DNA of 64,000 nt from Pristiophorus japonicus (taxonomy: Eukaryota), in the NCBI RefSeq assembly GCF_044704955.1, contig NC_091981.1, positions 47,740,001 to 47,804,000 of the forward strand. The letters are read 5' to 3'. A program made the position numbers and the translations under genes. The notes beneath the pieces were generated by a model. It ran no database searches. It worked only from the letters and a program-made list of their open reading frames with translations, and had not been told where the DNA came from. The number at the start of each line of letters is the position of its first letter. Positions within the stretch are counted from its first letter, which is position 1. Shown one piece after another: positions 63,655 through 64,000 of the stretch.

Positions 63655-64000
63655 AAAAGGAGAAAGAGGTAGAGGTGTAGAAGTTTAGGGAGAGCATTCC
63701 AGAACTTAGGACCTAGACAGCTGAAGGCATAGCCACCAATGGTGGAACGGAAGAAATAGGGGATGCACAAAAGACCAGAATTAAAGGAGCGCAGAGATCT
63801 GGGAGAGTTGTAGTGCTGGAGGAGATTTCAGAGATGGGGAGGGGCGAGGCCTTGGAGCTATTTGAAAACAAGGTTGGAGAATTTTAAAATTGAGGCATTG
63901 CCGAACCTTTCCAATCTCCTTATTGTGATTTACATTATTATTAGTCCTAACTTTATCATGTGCATCCAAATTAATTGGGCAAAAAAGTTAGCAAACAGAT

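Noticed and set aside
55527-64000. Next upstream ANLN exon (expected GAWHRRW..YWTYPDD)
   Set aside because: Not found by eye; it probably lies beyond the window, so this stretch is treated as intron.

Overview
Eukaryotic, not prokaryotic, DNA: a repeat-dense vertebrate region, most likely from a cartilaginous fish (inferred from Deu-domain SacSINE1-like SINEs, LF-SINE-like elements and CR1 LINEs with (TTCTTATG)n/(TTTCTATG)n tails). The only host gene I can support is the 3' end of anillin (ANLN or a paralogue) on the minus strand: two PH-domain exons (55354-55526 and 50035-50179) with canonical GT-AG sites and matching phase, plus a probable 1.5 kb 3' UTR. The rest is mostly nested, decayed transposons: five Mag-clade Ty3/Gypsy LTR elements (three with intact 5-bp TSDs), about 15 CR1 pieces including one near full-length copy with a tandem 71-bp TATA-containing 5' array, two two-gene PIF/Harbinger transposons, Harbinger-type MITEs, a hAT-like element, a Tx1 3' end, L2 fragments, SINEs and a palindrome carrying two minimal hammerhead-like motifs. 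Most ORFs in the supplied track are TE fragments or antisense shadows. I found no demonstrably new biological system. The best leads are the CR1 monomer array, the hammerhead palindrome, the gag-less Gypsy and an unexplained island at about 21 kb. Boundaries of decayed elements are approximate.
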